NCBI RefSeq assembly: GCF_964213995.1
Contig: NW_027590109.1
Span: 434,001 to 498,000 of the forward strand
Direction: 5' to 3'
Length of the DNA: 64,000 nt
Source: Mustelus asterias
Taxonomy: Eukaryota
Under the pieces are notes generated by a model, which saw nothing but the letters and a program-made list of their open reading frames with translations, did not search any database and was not told the DNA's origin. Positions 23,331-37,702 of the stretch are shown one piece after another. Position 1 is the stretch's first letter. Each line of letters begins with the position of its first letter. Both the position numbers and the translations under genes were made by a program.

Positions 23331-23639
23331 AACTCCATGATGTTTTGTGATGTTAGCCTCGACATAAGTCTTACATTTCATACTGTCTCTGATGAGTTGA
23401 TTCACTCGGAAGCTTGCATCAAACAACCTTCATTTAAGAACACAGTTAGATGATAGCAAAGCGGATTAACATTTTATATTTACCAGTTACAAGACTTACA
23501 CATCACACAGTATAATTCTTAAAAACTAGCTATCTGTATTGTTCCAATTGTAGTTCAATCCCCGAGGCATACACGCACCTTCAGACCTAGGTAGCATTGA
23601 AACAACTATGTTCACGTGATACTTGATTTCCAGCTTTTT

Positions 23640-24510
23640 AACATCTATGGACAGAAATCCAAACAGCACTTTTCAGAGTACGATATGACGCTAAGATAGC
23701 GAGGGATATTAAGAACAGAACTGTGCATAATGCTCCCCAGTGTTGCCCAAATGGTGCATGCGGAGAACAGAGCTGAACACAATTCTCCAGGTTTTGTCTC
23801 AATTAAATATATGGACATTGGGAACTCTGTAGAATGCATTGGCTGGGAACGAAATTAGGGGCATGGACAGTATTTGCAATGTCAAAATTAATTGCTGACT
23901 AGATGAAGGAAGTAGGGAACAGAAGTGCGGCACCGTCCTCAAGTGCACTGAAAACTAGGGATATGCAGAAGCAAAATGTACGCAGGCCTTCAGTTTGTTG
24001 TGTAAATGAGGGATATGGATAACAAAACTGTACAATCTACACTAAATTTTTCCAAAGCGAGGAGAATAATTGTGCACAATGTTCCATGTGACCGAAATGA
24101 GAGACATGGAGAGGGCATCATATATAATATTCAAAGTGTCGTCTAAATGACGTAGATGAGGAACAGAACCATCGACCATGTTTCACGTTTGTTCCGCACT
24201 ATAAATAAGGCGACCAGAACTGCTCACAAAACTTCAGATGTAATCTGAAAAATTAATACAAACTCAACAACCTTGCAAGAGATCAATGTGCGGTCCAAGC
24301 ACCGCATACAAAACCAGAGTTTTCCATGGTATTTGATGTGATTTACAGCTAATTCCTAAGTAGGTCAGAAAAGTGCACGTTTCTGCAAGTGTTTTGTAAT
24401 CCAAGGGATTGGAGCCTATTTCTGTCACCAATGCTCGCAATGCTGTCAAAATTGGTGATATGGATTTCGGAAAACTTCACGCTTCTCGGATTGTTCTCTA
24501 AATGAGTGGG
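23640..24510. repeat. Degenerate ~51-bp tandem array, block 2
   Basis: aacagaactgtgcataatgctccccagtgttgcccaaatg.. is followed one unit later by aacagagctgaacacaattctccaggttttgtctcaatt.. Confidence 0.8.
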
Positions 24511-27039
24511 CCGTTTCGTTTTCTGTCTCTCCCTTTCTTAGGTTTGTCCATCTTTCTTAGCTATCCACTTCCTGCCTTTATCTCTCTCTGTCTCCTGTTA
24601 CAATTTTGAGTTTTACAGAATTGTTTGTTGTTAATTTATAAAATTGTGAGTTTTAGACTATAACCCTGACTTAAGATAAATAAAAGTGGGTGATGTCACT
24701 CCTACCATAGTCTGCCTATCTTAAAAATTAGAATTTTAGTTGCAAAAAGCAATCTTTAACACGCCTTAGTTGTTAGTTTGTGAAGAAGGAACATGTGTGT
24801 ACATTTGGCGACAATGGCATTCGTTCAACGTCCACAATGAACAGACACAAATTTCCATGAGACCCAGAAATATGCTGTCGATTTTAAATTTGTTAAAAGT
24901 TCTTCAGAAACCCATTTTTTCCATTCATTCATGGGATGTAAGGACCAGCATTTGCTGTCCATCCAAAGTTGCCCTTTTACTGAGTGACTTTCTGGCCCAG
25001 TTGACACGGCAATAGGTTCAACCACATTGCTGGGGATCTGGAGTGACATGCCAGCAGATTTCCTTCCCGAGAGGACACTGGTGAGCCAGATGAATTTCCT
25101 TTCGTAAATCTGTGATGTATTCATGGTCATCATCAGACTTTTAATTCAATTTCACCATCTGCAATGTAACCTGAAGCAGAGTCCTCAGAGAATGACTCTA
25201 GGTTTTGTATTCCAATGCAATCCCCCCATGCCACCACCTGTTGTATAAGACGCTTACATCGTTCGTCAGTACACAGAACATTGTTGAAGTTCCAATCTTG
25301 TATTATTAAACCACTCTCTGAAAAGTTTGACTGCTATCTTCTAACTAGAGAGTGTATGATTTTCTAAGTAAACAATCTTGCTGGTGAATTCTCCTGATGT
25401 TAGGTCCCTGAGATGAAGCATTTGACTGCATGTGACCTTTACTCCAATATAGCGACGATTAATCTGATCAGCCCTTTACTATTTCTATTCATTAACGCTT
25501 CCACTTACATAGAAATTTGTTGTGTTTCTGGTGCCAGAGATTGCTTTCTGTATAAGGCTTGCCATATTACAGCCAAGTTACTTTATTTTGTTTTCCTTTT
25601 CTCTGCTTTGCACTTCCTGCAACTGAGACCTCAGAAAGAGAGTCAGCTCTGCCTGCACCTTAAGCAAGGATATTGTTCCCCGGGATTTTCACCACAAGTA
25701 CACCACTTAGTTTTCAGAGCAAGTTTATAAGTTTAAAATGAGGCTGCAGGGCTCGCCGAGTTATATTTAGAGGACACATTCCCAAAAATACAATCTCCTC
25801 ACTGTGGGTGATAACATTTGGGAAGGAAAAGAGCAGGGTCCATGATGCTTTGGACAGTGGATCAGGTGTGGATGTCCCAGTTATAAAGTTTTTTTTTCCT
25901 GAAAATCCAGAATAACAACGTATGTTAATTTTGTGGCTGTCGGTCAGTATGACATACATGTCCAACAATTTCAAACGCTAGAAATTATTTTTTTTTGCAT
26001 TTGTCTCTTTACATTTACCAATAACTTTAACAGTGGTTGCGTGTCCTTCATCAATCTTGTAAATAGAACATCTAATAACTGTTGAGTAGGTATCAGACTC
26101 TTTGGATTTCGAGGCACTCTCACAACATTTCTCATTCTCTCTCAATCCTTCCTTTGTCTCTCACTTTCTGAAACTATTTCTCAATCACTCCCCCTCCATA
26201 TCCCAATGTAATCCGATTGCTCGTTGTGCGTGATTTCAGTACTTCACGCTGCTCCATCTCTCAATATGATTCTCTCTCTCTCTCTCCATCTCTTTTCTCC
26301 CAATCTCCCTCATCACACGTGCTTCGTCCTCATCATCAGCTCATAGATTAGCTACAATGGAGAAGTAGGCCATTTCCACACCCACATCACTGCTGTTTCT
26401 CTGCTGGACCAAATGCACTCTTTAACCCCGGCTCTGCGGATTTTCAGTCTTGAGATAATGACCAACTTCACTTTCAATGACACAATGGAACCTGCCTCCT
26501 CTGCGCTTTCAGACAAATAATTCCAGTCTCTTCCTCGAATAAACCATACATTTTCCTCGCTTTTGCTTCTTCCTATTTTGTCAATCTACTTAATTGAAGA
26601 TGCCTGCGCTTCTGCCCTCAATTCCAATCCATCTCCATCCTCCTATCATGATATCATATCCGTCTCCCTCGTTCTGTCGGATGCATCTGCTCAGGGTGAT
26701 AAACATTTCTCAGTTTAAGTTGCAGTTGCTTCTTTAATTATTTCATTTTGAAAGAGAGCTGCCCCTGAGCCCAGTCGCCATCCTGTCTGAAGGAGGTTGT
26801 GATTCAGCAGGCAGTGCTCCTGGGTCTTAGTTGGATCTTCCGGGTCCAAGCCCCACTCCAGGACAGATTATTCTTGAAATTCAGCTTAATCTTAAACACG
26901 GGTCAAACTGATTAATATTCAATTTGGTCATTCACTGCACTATCGGACACGATTCTCAAAAGTAGGTTGTGTGAATATTTGGGAAAGAAATGGAAACTTG
27001 ATGTGACTCCCCATGGCAAGGTATGAGCAATGCAATGTC

Positions 27040-27800
27040 CCTGAATGCGAAACATCATCACAGTGAATGTCCTTACGGACAATATCTGTCATCAGCACTA
27101 CTGCCTTCATGTTGTAACCAAGAGCTTCAAGCTTTTTCGAGATGCCATCCAGTAAGAACGGAATTGGTTAAAGATTGGCATATCTGAAGCTGTGGAGTCC
27201 AGGTTGAAGCTGAAATGGATACTCTACTTGGGAACTCCGTCGACAGACGAAACGAATGTTTCGGCCTTGAGTTCCACGCAGAGGAGGTGGGACCACGTCA
27301 TTGCTGATGGGGCTGAATGAGGAACCTTTCTCCCCTTTATTATTTGATTGGACACGACCACTAAAGTTGATCAGACTGCAGAACCTTGATCTGATCATTT
27401 TGCTGAGCTATCAGATCTCTGTCTGTGACTTGCTGTTGAACTTAAATGCATTTCTCTATTCCAGCTTCATTAGCTTATCACCTCATTTTTCCAGGCAACC
27501 CTGTGGCTGCTCCTGACACCTTCTACTGCACTCTTCACTGAACCGTTTTTTATCACTTGACTTGGGTGTAATAGTTAGGTTAATGATGTTTTCATGGTGG
27601 TGGTTCACTTTCAGACATGCTGGGCTGGAGGTTGCAGATACAAGTTGAACAGAATTTTGGTGCTGGTGTCCCACAGCATCATGAGAATGTTTTGAGCTGC
27701 TGGACCTGTTCTCAATTCATTACATTTTAAACAATATTATTACCAGAACACATGATTGAGTGCAGACACCTTGTGAAGATGGGTCCTTGTCAACACAATG
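27040..27800 (-). mobile_element. Old non-HER1 LINE ORF2 fragments (L2/CR1-group, pre-RT region)
   Basis: The reverse strand reads roughly KAETF....VEYP....PI.....KKLEAL, the region preceding GPD in these LINEs. Heavily mutated. Confidence 0.45.
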
Positions 27801-29369
27801 ACTGTGTGGTTATCACGTTTACGAACAATGAAATTGGAAGATGTTCAAGGGGAAAAATCACTGAGTACAGCAGACTTCTGCTGTGAACTGAATACAGCAG
27901 AGTTCCCCCGGAAACCAGCTGTGAAGCTTTTTTCCCCAGAAGATCCCACAGCTGCAGATGTGCTGCACAGACAATATGCACAAGATAAAAGAGAATGGAA
28001 AATTTGATAAACAAACTAGGACGTAGATAACATGGAGCTTTGAATCATATAGCCATGAAGATGTTTTTTTTTATAACTGCATATGACCTTTGGACAAACA
28101 TGTAGAGACTGTAACTGGTTAACTAAGCATTCGAATGTTGTAAAGGTGAGGAAATCAACACTATTAACTGGAACTATTTATCAATGATTTTGAACAATTG
28201 TTAACTGGTGATTGGTATGCGCAAATATATTGTATAATAACCAAAAGTATAATTCGTATTGCAATGTATCAATCAGGAAATCTTGATGTCAACACATCCC
28301 AAATCTCAACAGACTCCGGCACCTCCTGTCTTTCAGGAAACACGTCACTATTTCCTTCATCCAGCCCATACCGCTATCCATCCTGTCTTCCTGGCTGACC
28401 TGCTATTAATGTTCCCTCACTGCCCTCTAATTTATTGGACTGTTTGGGCCGATCTGGATTCCTGCGTTTCATTGAGACTGTGAATGTACATTTATTGGAA
28501 CTTCAATTGTATCTCAGTTTTGGCTTGGGCTAAACAACACACATATGTACAGGAGTGGAATCAGTGCTGCTGCTGTTCAGAATGAAATATGTGTGTGTAC
28601 GAAATTCCATCCTGATCATTTGAAGCATTTGGTCATTTTGATCTGTTTCTCAGTCCATTAAGTATTTGCCTGGGACATGGAACTGACTGAAGACCTGTTG
28701 CCATCCTGCCTGGCAGCCTTAAGGAAGGTGTCAGAATCGGTCAGTAACTAATCAGCCCCAGCATAGTATCCAGCATCTCACTGCCCGACTCAGCTGACAA
28801 TACACAGATACACCCAAATGTTGCTGGTTTCAATAAATAAATGCCGCTTTGTGGGTTTTGGAATGTGGGTGAAAGTGGAGGCGAAAGGACAGGTCCTATA
28901 TTTGAGCCTATTTGATGATGAGCATAATTTTAACCTAAATTGAGAGGTTAAAAGGGAAAGGGTTGTATATGTAACACTTACGAGCCGAATTGACGCAATT
29001 TCCTTCTGGCAGTACGCGTGGACTGTGCACATACATTTCAATTGAATGTGACCACTTGGCAGGCTGGCAAACAGCAGCAGAATATCAGATTGTTCTCCAC
29101 TATAGGGAGAGGGTAAACTAGCTGTCGGACAGGGCACAGGAGTTTCAGGTGGTAGACGTTCAGAGAATGAGGGGTGCCCCAAAATCACATGAGTGAAATA
29201 CCTCACCCTGTTGTTTGCCTCTTCCTCCCGAAAGGATGTTGCCCTTCATGGCCTCATGTCCCTTCCATTTCCACCCCAGAACAAAAGAAAATTGCGACCG
29301 ACTCCAATGACTAATGTCTCCCTTCTCCCTGGAATATGCTGTAAAGAGACCAATGTGTTCGAGCTTTTT

Positions 29370-29770
29370 TTGTAATTAGTATTATTCATTCGTGGTATGT
29401 GGCTGTCGCTAGAGAAGTCAACATTCATTATACATTGTCATGCTCTTGGGAAGCTGATGCTGAACAGCCTATTTGAACTACTGCAGGCCATGTGGTGTGC
29501 ATGTGCCTACAGTATTGATAGGCATTGAATTCCAGGAATTGACCGAACTTCAGTGAAGTGAATGGCTTGATATTTTGAAATTAGAAGGGTAATTCGCATG
29601 AAGGTGAATTGCACCTGGCATCGGCCCCGTGTATGTTATGATCTTTTCCTCGAAATCGCTTTGAAAAGTGCAGTGCAAAGAGGTTGGATGGCATCTTGCA
29701 GTTCATGTTGTAAACTTGATGTCACTGTGTTTCGGTCGTGGATGTTATGATTGCTTGTGGCTCGGTGTCA
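29370..29770 (-). mobile_element. Old LINE 3' fragment
   Basis: Reverse-oriented terminal region (cattcgtggtatgtggctgtcgct..ttgaactactgcaggccatgtggtg) resembling the fragment at ~24920. Confidence 0.45.
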
Positions 29771-30235
29771 CAGCACTCACACTTTTCAAAGCTACGACTT
29801 GAGTACATAGATTCAAACACTCTAATCGGCTACATATTGAAACATATAAAGGCTGAATGTACTGCTCGACATCCCGCCTAGGCCAAGGCAGAGAATCATT
29901 CTCTCCAGAACGCGTTGCCTGAATTTTAATCCAGTGTTATTGGTCGCAACTGGCTACAACTCATGGATTCACCGAATGATCTGCGGGAGCAGGCACGCTC
30001 AAGTTTTAAGCTCAGTGCTGTTGTTAGATTGTGAAATGCGTATAGCAGACCATATGTAATGAATAATATATACTTGAGTGCATTGATAACCAGAGGATCA
30101 GGTGGAAGATGTTCAGCCCCTCATGTATGTTTCACCATCTATTAAGCTTTAACGTATCCATGATCTGTCTCCGCATAACAATCTTTGTTCCATAATCTTC
30201 ATTAACATTGAGTAGCAGACGTCTAACTAATAACA

Positions 30236-30378
30236 TTAGAACATAAGAAATAGGAGCAGGAGTAGGCCATCTAGCACCTCGAGCCTGCCCCGCCATTCAA
30301 TAAGATCATGGCTGATCTGAAGTGGATCAGTTCCACTTACCCGCATGATCCCTATAATCCCTAATTCCCTTACCGATC
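30236..30378 (-). mobile_element. Short CR1 3'-end insertion
   Basis: aacataagaaataggagcaggagtaggccatc..cattcaataagatcatggctgatc. Confidence 0.9.
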
Positions 30379-30794
30379 TCAGCTTTCAAGTTTATCATAG
30401 ACCTATGTTCATTGACATCTGGGAAAGTTTAACACTTCTAAAACTCTTTCTCTGTTCATTTTGTTTCCAATATGGCACGACATCCCCGAGGCAGCAGAGC
30501 TCATTCTAACCAATCCAACTATTCTCTAATATTCCGGAATATTGGCGATGCTTAAACAATGGGAAGAGTGTGTTTGGATTCCCGACATAATATGATATTA
30601 GTTGGGCCCATTTTGCACAAATCTAACAACGAATGTCGAACTCTGCTCAATGCTAAGAGGTGGAGAGCTTATCTGCCGCACCTTCGCCCTTTGTTCCCTT
30701 CGTGTTATTGTTCTTTCTCCATAAATCCACGGTACATCACGTTTGTACTTAAAGAAGTGGAAATGAATATCTGGACGACATTTTGAGTATTACA

Positions 30795-31450
30795 TACATA
30801 GAAACATAGAACAATGGACAATAGGTGCAGGAGTTGGCTATTTGGCCCTTCAAGACTGCACCACTCTTCAATATGATCGTGGATAATCATATGCACTTTC
30901 AGTATCCCATTCCTGCACTCTCTCCATTCTCCATGATCCCTTTTAGCAACAAATTTAACGAAGTGGCCCCAACAGCTTTCTGTAGTGGAGAATTCCACAG
31001 GTTCGCAACTCTGAGGGCATTCAAAGCTAATAATCATTCAGATGAGCGCGTGTTGGCGTAATCTTGGACACGTTGAAGGGACAATCCATGAACTGAGTCA
31101 AATATTAATTGGAATCAAGTCTTTTTTAAATTACATTTGGAGAGACAGATCTTCGTTATGATTGATCTCGGGAAGGTTCACCAGCAGACTTTATTGCATT
31201 TCAAAGACGAATAAAACAAGGAAGGCACTGACCATTTTATCCATCTTCCTGCTTTCAAAATGTTATCAAGTTATCCTCACTTTCCTGGTCATGTAAAAAG
31301 ATCCTCCCCTCAAATAATAATCCAATTTATCCTTTGAGCTAACTAGTGGAGTTGCATAAAAACAAATCTTGCCATTTTCCATGAAGTTCTTTTGACAGTT
31401 TTGTATATCTACATCTACTGGTTCGGTAATCTCCTGCTTCGGAACATCTT
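30795..31450 (-). mobile_element. CR1 3' end plus older RT fragment
   Basis: Reverse tail catagaaacatagaac; gagaattccacaggttc encodes NLWNS on the reverse strand. Confidence 0.75.
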
Positions 31451-32349
31451 CAAGGGTCACTACTGCCGAAGAGAGCGGAAGCTGTCCCTAGTGTCCTTGG
31501 GCCAATAATGATCAATCTTCCAAGAAACCCTTCTTCTGCAGTTGAATCACATTGCTATTTGTGGCACCTGACTCTGAGCAAATTAGTTGTCACATTTCCT
31601 ATATTACAACACTGATATTCATTCGACACAATATCACTGGATCAAGTAACATTTTTAGGTTATGGTGAAATCTCGCTCTCATTCATATTTATTTCTCTCT
31701 CTCTCTTGCAAATTATATGTTTCTCAGTGTAAGAAGTAGAGACTCACGATGTTTTATGGTAAGTTGAAATGTGCCTTGTGATTTATATAGGGTCTGCCTA
31801 AAAGTAACACAGGGCGTTTTAACTGTAAACTGATCTAAGGATGAGTCCAGTAATATGAATGTGAGGAATGATGCAGATATTTGCAATTGGTGACGAGGAC
31901 ATCAGTCAGTTTCCAATTCCAAGAAGACATTGCACATTTTTAAGACCCAAACACAAATGTTGATTTCAAGTTATAAAGATGTGTACTAGAACCTGTCCCT
32001 TTCTTTGTGAAATTGAAGACTGTTGTGATGAGAGATAGCACACACACATTTTCAGTAATATATACATTATGACAGTTCGGTCTGCACTTAAAGCAGATGA
32101 ATATTTGACCGTTTTATTCATCACACAAGTTCAGCTGGGAGCTCGTCTTCATTTTGAACAGTGAACTCATTGCAGGATAGCATGTGGCTGCAGCATTCAC
32201 CTGGCGGACCTTGATGACGCAGGCCTGGGGAGGATCTCATTGTGGTTCATAAGATTGGGAAAATAGCAGTGCAGAGATTAAAGCACTTGGGAGATGCAGG
32301 TCACTTGCGTTTTGTTCTCAGGAGAAATCGATGTCCACTTAAGCTGCCG

Positions 32350-32670
32350 AATAGAATCATACAACCCTACAGTGCTGAGAGGGACCATTTGGCCCACCGA
32401 GTCTGCATTCACCACAATCCCACCAAGGCCCTTTCCCCACAACCCTATGCATTTACCCCAGGTGATCTCCCTGACACGTAGTGGGCATTTAGGGTGGCCA
32501 ATCTACCTACCTATCCCCACACATCTTTGGGCTGTGGGAAGAAACCGGAGCACCCGGAGGAAACCCACCCAAACACGAGGAGAATGTGCAAACTCCACAT
32601 AAACAGTGACCCAGCCGGGAATCGAACACGAGTCTCTTGCGCTGTGAGGCAGCAGAGCCATCTTGCCGCC
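32350..32670 (-). mobile_element. HE1 SINE with CR1-derived tail
   Basis: atagaatcata..ggcccaccgagtctgca..gaaaccggagcacccggaggaaaccca..gggaatcgaac. Confidence 0.92.
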
Positions 32671-33849
32671 TCGATGGACGCAGATTTTGGACATCTCGTT
32701 GTCAGTACATTTGGGAGGGGGCATATGCTGTTTGCTGATGTAAAATTGACTACTAATTGTAAGTACAGTTCTCTAATCGTTCTCTTTTTACATTTGTTGC
32801 TTTATAAGTTATTAAAGGTGCTACCACCTTCTACCAGTCTCTCTTTCACCATGTAAATGGAGCCTGTCATATTTCAAGAAAACGTAGCAGACTATACACA
32901 GATACTAACACTTGCTCGCTCTCCCACAATTCCATTCCTCCTGCCTGTCCCTTTTTGGTCCTTTACTCTGGAACACCTTTTATAACAACCCTCCACCAAC
33001 AATCTTATCCCTCCTCCCTTGTGCCTCTGTTCTTTTTCGTTGATCCAATTTGCAATGTTCCATGCACATTCTCAACCACGTTATCTCGACTTGGTCAGAG
33101 TATCACTGAATGGTTACAAAGAAGGAAGTGGCCACTTGTCCATTACTTTCGGTGCTGAATCTCCGCTGGAGAAAATCACCGAGATCCATTCCCCCACCCA
33201 TTAACCGTGGCACAGCAGAGCTTTTCCCTTCACATAATGTTCACATTCATATAAGAAACCACAATAGAAGTTGCCTCCACTGCTCTCACAGTCATGACAT
33301 TCTAGATTTTTAATGTTCCTTTTATGAAACAATGTGTTTCCACCTGATTTCCATTTTTTTTGCCAATCTTCCTAACTTTGAAGTTATTTCCTCTCTTATG
33401 CTTCCCTCTTCTCCACCCGGGCTTCACATGCTATTCATCCGTTTCACATTCAAACTATCTTATCCATCTGGCCATCGTATGCAATACTTCTCGGTTGATT
33501 CTGTTGTTTATTTTTGTTAAATATTTCCCTCTGAAGTGGAATTGCTCTGTTATTGTCGCTTTCCTGTCTGATGGAGGATTCGATTCAGTAGCTAATGTTC
33601 CTGTATCTGAGCCTGAAGGTCGGGGTTGAAGACCCACACCAGGATATGTTATACTTGGATTCTGTTTAAACTTGGACTTGCCAATCTGTCAACATTTCAA
33701 TCCTTGGAACAGTTGTACTTTATTTTTGAAAATGTTGAAAAGGAAAGTGTGTTTAACAAGATGGGGGCAAGGAAATGTCCCTGAGTGTGAAACAATGGTT
33801 ATTATTTTTCTCTAGGGAAATTATGCCTCTTCAGTAACACTGCCTGAAG

Positions 33850-35280
33850 GTTTTGTTGAAGTTTCCTTATGCTTTTTGATATGACATAGAGTTGTTCAAG
33901 TTAACACAAGACTGGCATCACTGATGCTGTGGAGTTCAGGAAGAGGTCAAGATGGATAATCCACTTGGGAATTGTGGGTGGAGGCGATGAAAATTGTTCG
34001 AATTGGATTTCACCTTGCCGAGCTCAATATCACATCATTCATGATGGAGATCAATCTGGAGCCAACTCTTCACATGCTTTTTTTCGTGGGATGCCACCAC
34101 TTAGGAGACCCAACTGCAGAGCTTTGGCGAATCTCTCCTGCACTGCTCATTGAGTCAATATTGACCTTTGTACGGGATGGTAATGGATTTAGACGGACAT
34201 AATGGGCCTGAGGTTCGTTTGTGCTGAACACAGTTTTGCTGCTGATGGTCCACAGAGCATCGTGCATGCTTTCAGCAGTTCAATCTGCCCTGAATCTATC
34301 TCATTCACACAATGTTAGTGCCATAATACACCCGGGAGTGCGTGCTGATTGTGCGGACGTCACTAATCTTCACAATGTCTTTGCTCATTTCACCATTACT
34401 ATGGCTCTCACGGAGAGCTGCCATTGCGAGAGGTATATTGTTGAGGACAAGGGCAAATATGTTTTACCCTGGTTTATTTTACTCACCACCCGACTCAGGC
34501 CTATTATGGCAGAGTTAGGTCATTAGTCCCTCAACCAACTCGGTCAGCACTGGTACTACAGAACCATTCTGGGTGACTGACCCACAATCTTATAACCTGA
34601 GCACTTTCCCCTGCTCCGCTGCGCCTTTGGCTTCCTTTGCATGGAGGAGCGACGATTCAACAGCTGAGGGAAATTGCTGACTGGGAATCATCTCCCCCAC
34701 CTTTGCCGTGAAACCATAAGTCATTCTAACGTCCTGATCCAACGTTGAGGTCATGAAACTAATCCTTCCCCACCGACTGTCTTCCACTCTGCTGACACCT
34801 GTGGCGGGACTGTCCGAGGATGATGTTGGGCGAGCCTTGGATGTTGTTTCTATTTTGATGACAACATTGGAGGAACGAAATGTACATGTCACTTTCTGAC
34901 CTCCCCACCATTCCTGTCAATATGGTGACACATCAATATGAATCGTAGTGGGGGCCAGTTTGCAATCAGGCGCCCTTATATGTCCTCAGTCATTCTATTT
35001 CAGATTAGGAAAGGGCAGCCGATTTCGTTTCCTGAGGGAGAGTAATGAACTAGGCTGGTCTCAAGGACAATTCAAAACTTCTATGGCGAACATTACAGAA
35101 ACGTATTGTTTTATTTTCGCAGAATTTCATGAACCCAACCCCCAGTAGTTATTTGATGTCAGGGGCCACGTCAATAACCTGGTCGGAATTGTCTTTGTAT
35201 GTGTCCAGCATCGCCAACTGCTTCCTTTGGAGGGTCAATGTATTAATCACTGCGTTCACTGATACCATTACCTTTCTGTG
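33850..35280 (-). mobile_element. Old degraded LINE RT fragments (same group as 27040-27800)
   Basis: Reverse-strand remnants of GVPQG..LGP, FADD-like and LGV.ID regions with many disruptions. Confidence 0.5.
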
Positions 35281-36049
35281 CTGTGCCTGATTTCACTTAG
35301 AAATACAGACTGCAACAACAAACCTCCAGTGGCCCCACTCAAAATGTCTAGAGTTCCCATCTTCTCATACTGCAGCTCACACCCTAATTGTATCGACGCT
35401 CGCTCATGCTCGACTTTCCCAACCCTCTCAATTTCCTGATTCGCCACAGTACTCTCCATCCCCTGATCCCAAGTGGTCAGGTCCCAATTAATCCCGAATT
35501 GATTTCAAGTTGCAAATTTGTGAAGGGCTTAATGAATTCATGTGCTGCACTGAATCTCTAATTCTTTCTGTATTTGCCATTACTTGAATGTTAGTGGTTG
35601 ACGTTATCTAGTGATGAAATTATACTCAACCCATATGGTTCACTAATGTCCATTATAGATGGGAAACTGCCATCTTTACCTGGCCTGGCCTACTTGTGAC
35701 TCGAGATCAACCGCAATGTGGCTGAATCAGAAATAGCATGGTAAGCCTCTCGTTTTGTGCACTCAGGGATTGATTATAAATGCTGACGCTGCCAGCACTT
35801 CCTGCATCCCAAAAATGAATATATGGAGATGTAATTTTGGTGCTGAGTAAAATGCAATTTGTGTTTAAAGAGTTCTATGTTGATCCTTTGAGTTGTTATT
35901 AAAACTTGTCTTCTTGAGCTCTTCTTCTGTGTATCAAGTATTTACCAGGAAACCAAGCTTACCACTCACTGGTTGCCATCCTGTCTGACAACCTTGAACA
36001 TGGTGACAGGATCTTACATGAAAGAATCAACCCGACAATTGGATCCAGC

Positions 36050-37702
36050 AGTTCACTCCAAATTCCTTTGAGTAATCCAAAGGCCACCCATTTGCCAGTG
36101 CACAAGTTATGCAATTTCAATGGTAAGAACTGCGGACAGTTCAGAGTGTGGATCAAAAACGGTGGGAAATGTGTGGTCATAATTTTGATCCAACGGTATC
36201 CATTTTGATAGAAAATATACAAAGGTAAATTATTATTTATATAGAGAAACATTTTAGCGTTATCACATGTATCGAGATCTGGCTGTCCTCGTGCATGAAT
36301 AATAGAAAATTCTATGCAGATACAATAGGGAACAAGGAAGATAGTTAAATCTTGACATCTATTGCTAAGGACAAGGATAAAAAACGTAGGGAAGTGTTGC
36401 TGCAACTTTATAAAAAAATAAAAGAAAAGTGTGTACCATTTTGCCCCCCCCCCCCCCCCCCCAGATCGAGGAGGTATGTAGGTGCACTGGAGGGGTGCAG
36501 AGTAGACAAGACTTTTTAACAGAGATGAGAAGTCTCTCTTATGAAGTAATATTGGACATTAAAGGCCTATATTCTCTGGAGATTGGAAGCACCAGGGGAG
36601 ATCTCATTGGGAAGTAAAAGGCCACAAAGGGGTTTGAGGAACTAAACATGCAGAGTGTATTTCCTGATGTCTTGGTGAACTCAACTCTTTACAAATGCGA
36701 AGAATTCCAATAGATTCGCCAGGCACGATTTCTCTTTTGAAAATCTTCTTCACTATTGGAATTTTTTGAGGAAGTCACCAGTAGAGTTGCCTGAGGAGGA
36801 CCGGTGGATTCGGTTTACTTAGTCTTTCAGAAGGCTTTTGCCAAGGTCTCACACAATATACTACTATGTAAAGTTAGAGCACATAGGATTACTTGTAATG
36901 TCTTGAGATTGATAGAAGCTGTTTGGCAGACAGGAAGCAAAGAGCTAAAATAAATCGATTTTTTTTCTGATTGGCAGTCAGAGACGAGTGGGGGTCCGCA
37001 GGTATCCTATGTGCTAGGACCCCAACTGTTCACATTACACATTAACGATTTGGAAGAGAGAACTGAATGCATTATCTCCAAATTTGCAGTTTGTATAAAG
37101 TTGGTGCGAGGCTGAGCTATGAGGAGGATGCTGAAATGATTCAACGTGATTTGGGTAGGCTACATATGTGGGCATATGCATGGCAGATGCAGTATAATGT
37201 GGAGAAATGTGAGATATCCACTTTGGTAGCAATAATCGAAAGACAGGTTATAATTTGAAATGGGTAAATTGAGAGAGGTGGACCCTCAGTGAAACCTTGG
37301 TGTCCTCGTGCATTGGTCGCTGAAAGGAAGCGCGCAGGTACAGCAGGCATTAAAAATGACAAATCATATGTTGGCCTTCATAGTGAGAGAATTTGAATAC
37401 AGGGATAGGGATGTTTTGCTGCAAATGTATACGGCGTTGGTGAGGCCACACCTGGAATATTGTGTGCATATCTTGTGTCCTTATCTGAGGAAAGAATTCC
37501 TTGCTATAGAGAGAGTACAGCGAATGTTTACCAGGCTGATTCATGGGATGGCAGGTCTGTCAAACGAGGAGAGGTTCAGTCGGTTCGCATTATATTCACT
37601 GGAGTTTGGAAGAGTGAGAGGGCACTTCATAGAAACGTATAAATTTCTAACAGGGTTAGAGAGGGCAGATTCAGATAGAATGTTCTTAATGGTGGCGGAG
37701 TG
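36050..37702 (+). mobile_element. Two joined degraded CR1 RT fragments
   Basis: ORF 37308-37739 YTALVRPHLEYCVH..ERVQRMFTR; 37067-37258 QMQYNVEKCE; junction between fragments near 36670-36740. Confidence 0.88.

Noticed and set aside
21085-24510. Regularly spaced repeats as a CRISPR-like array
   Set aside because: Units are contiguous and degenerate along their whole length, with no constant-repeat/unique-spacer pattern and no cas genes; the context is eukaryotic.
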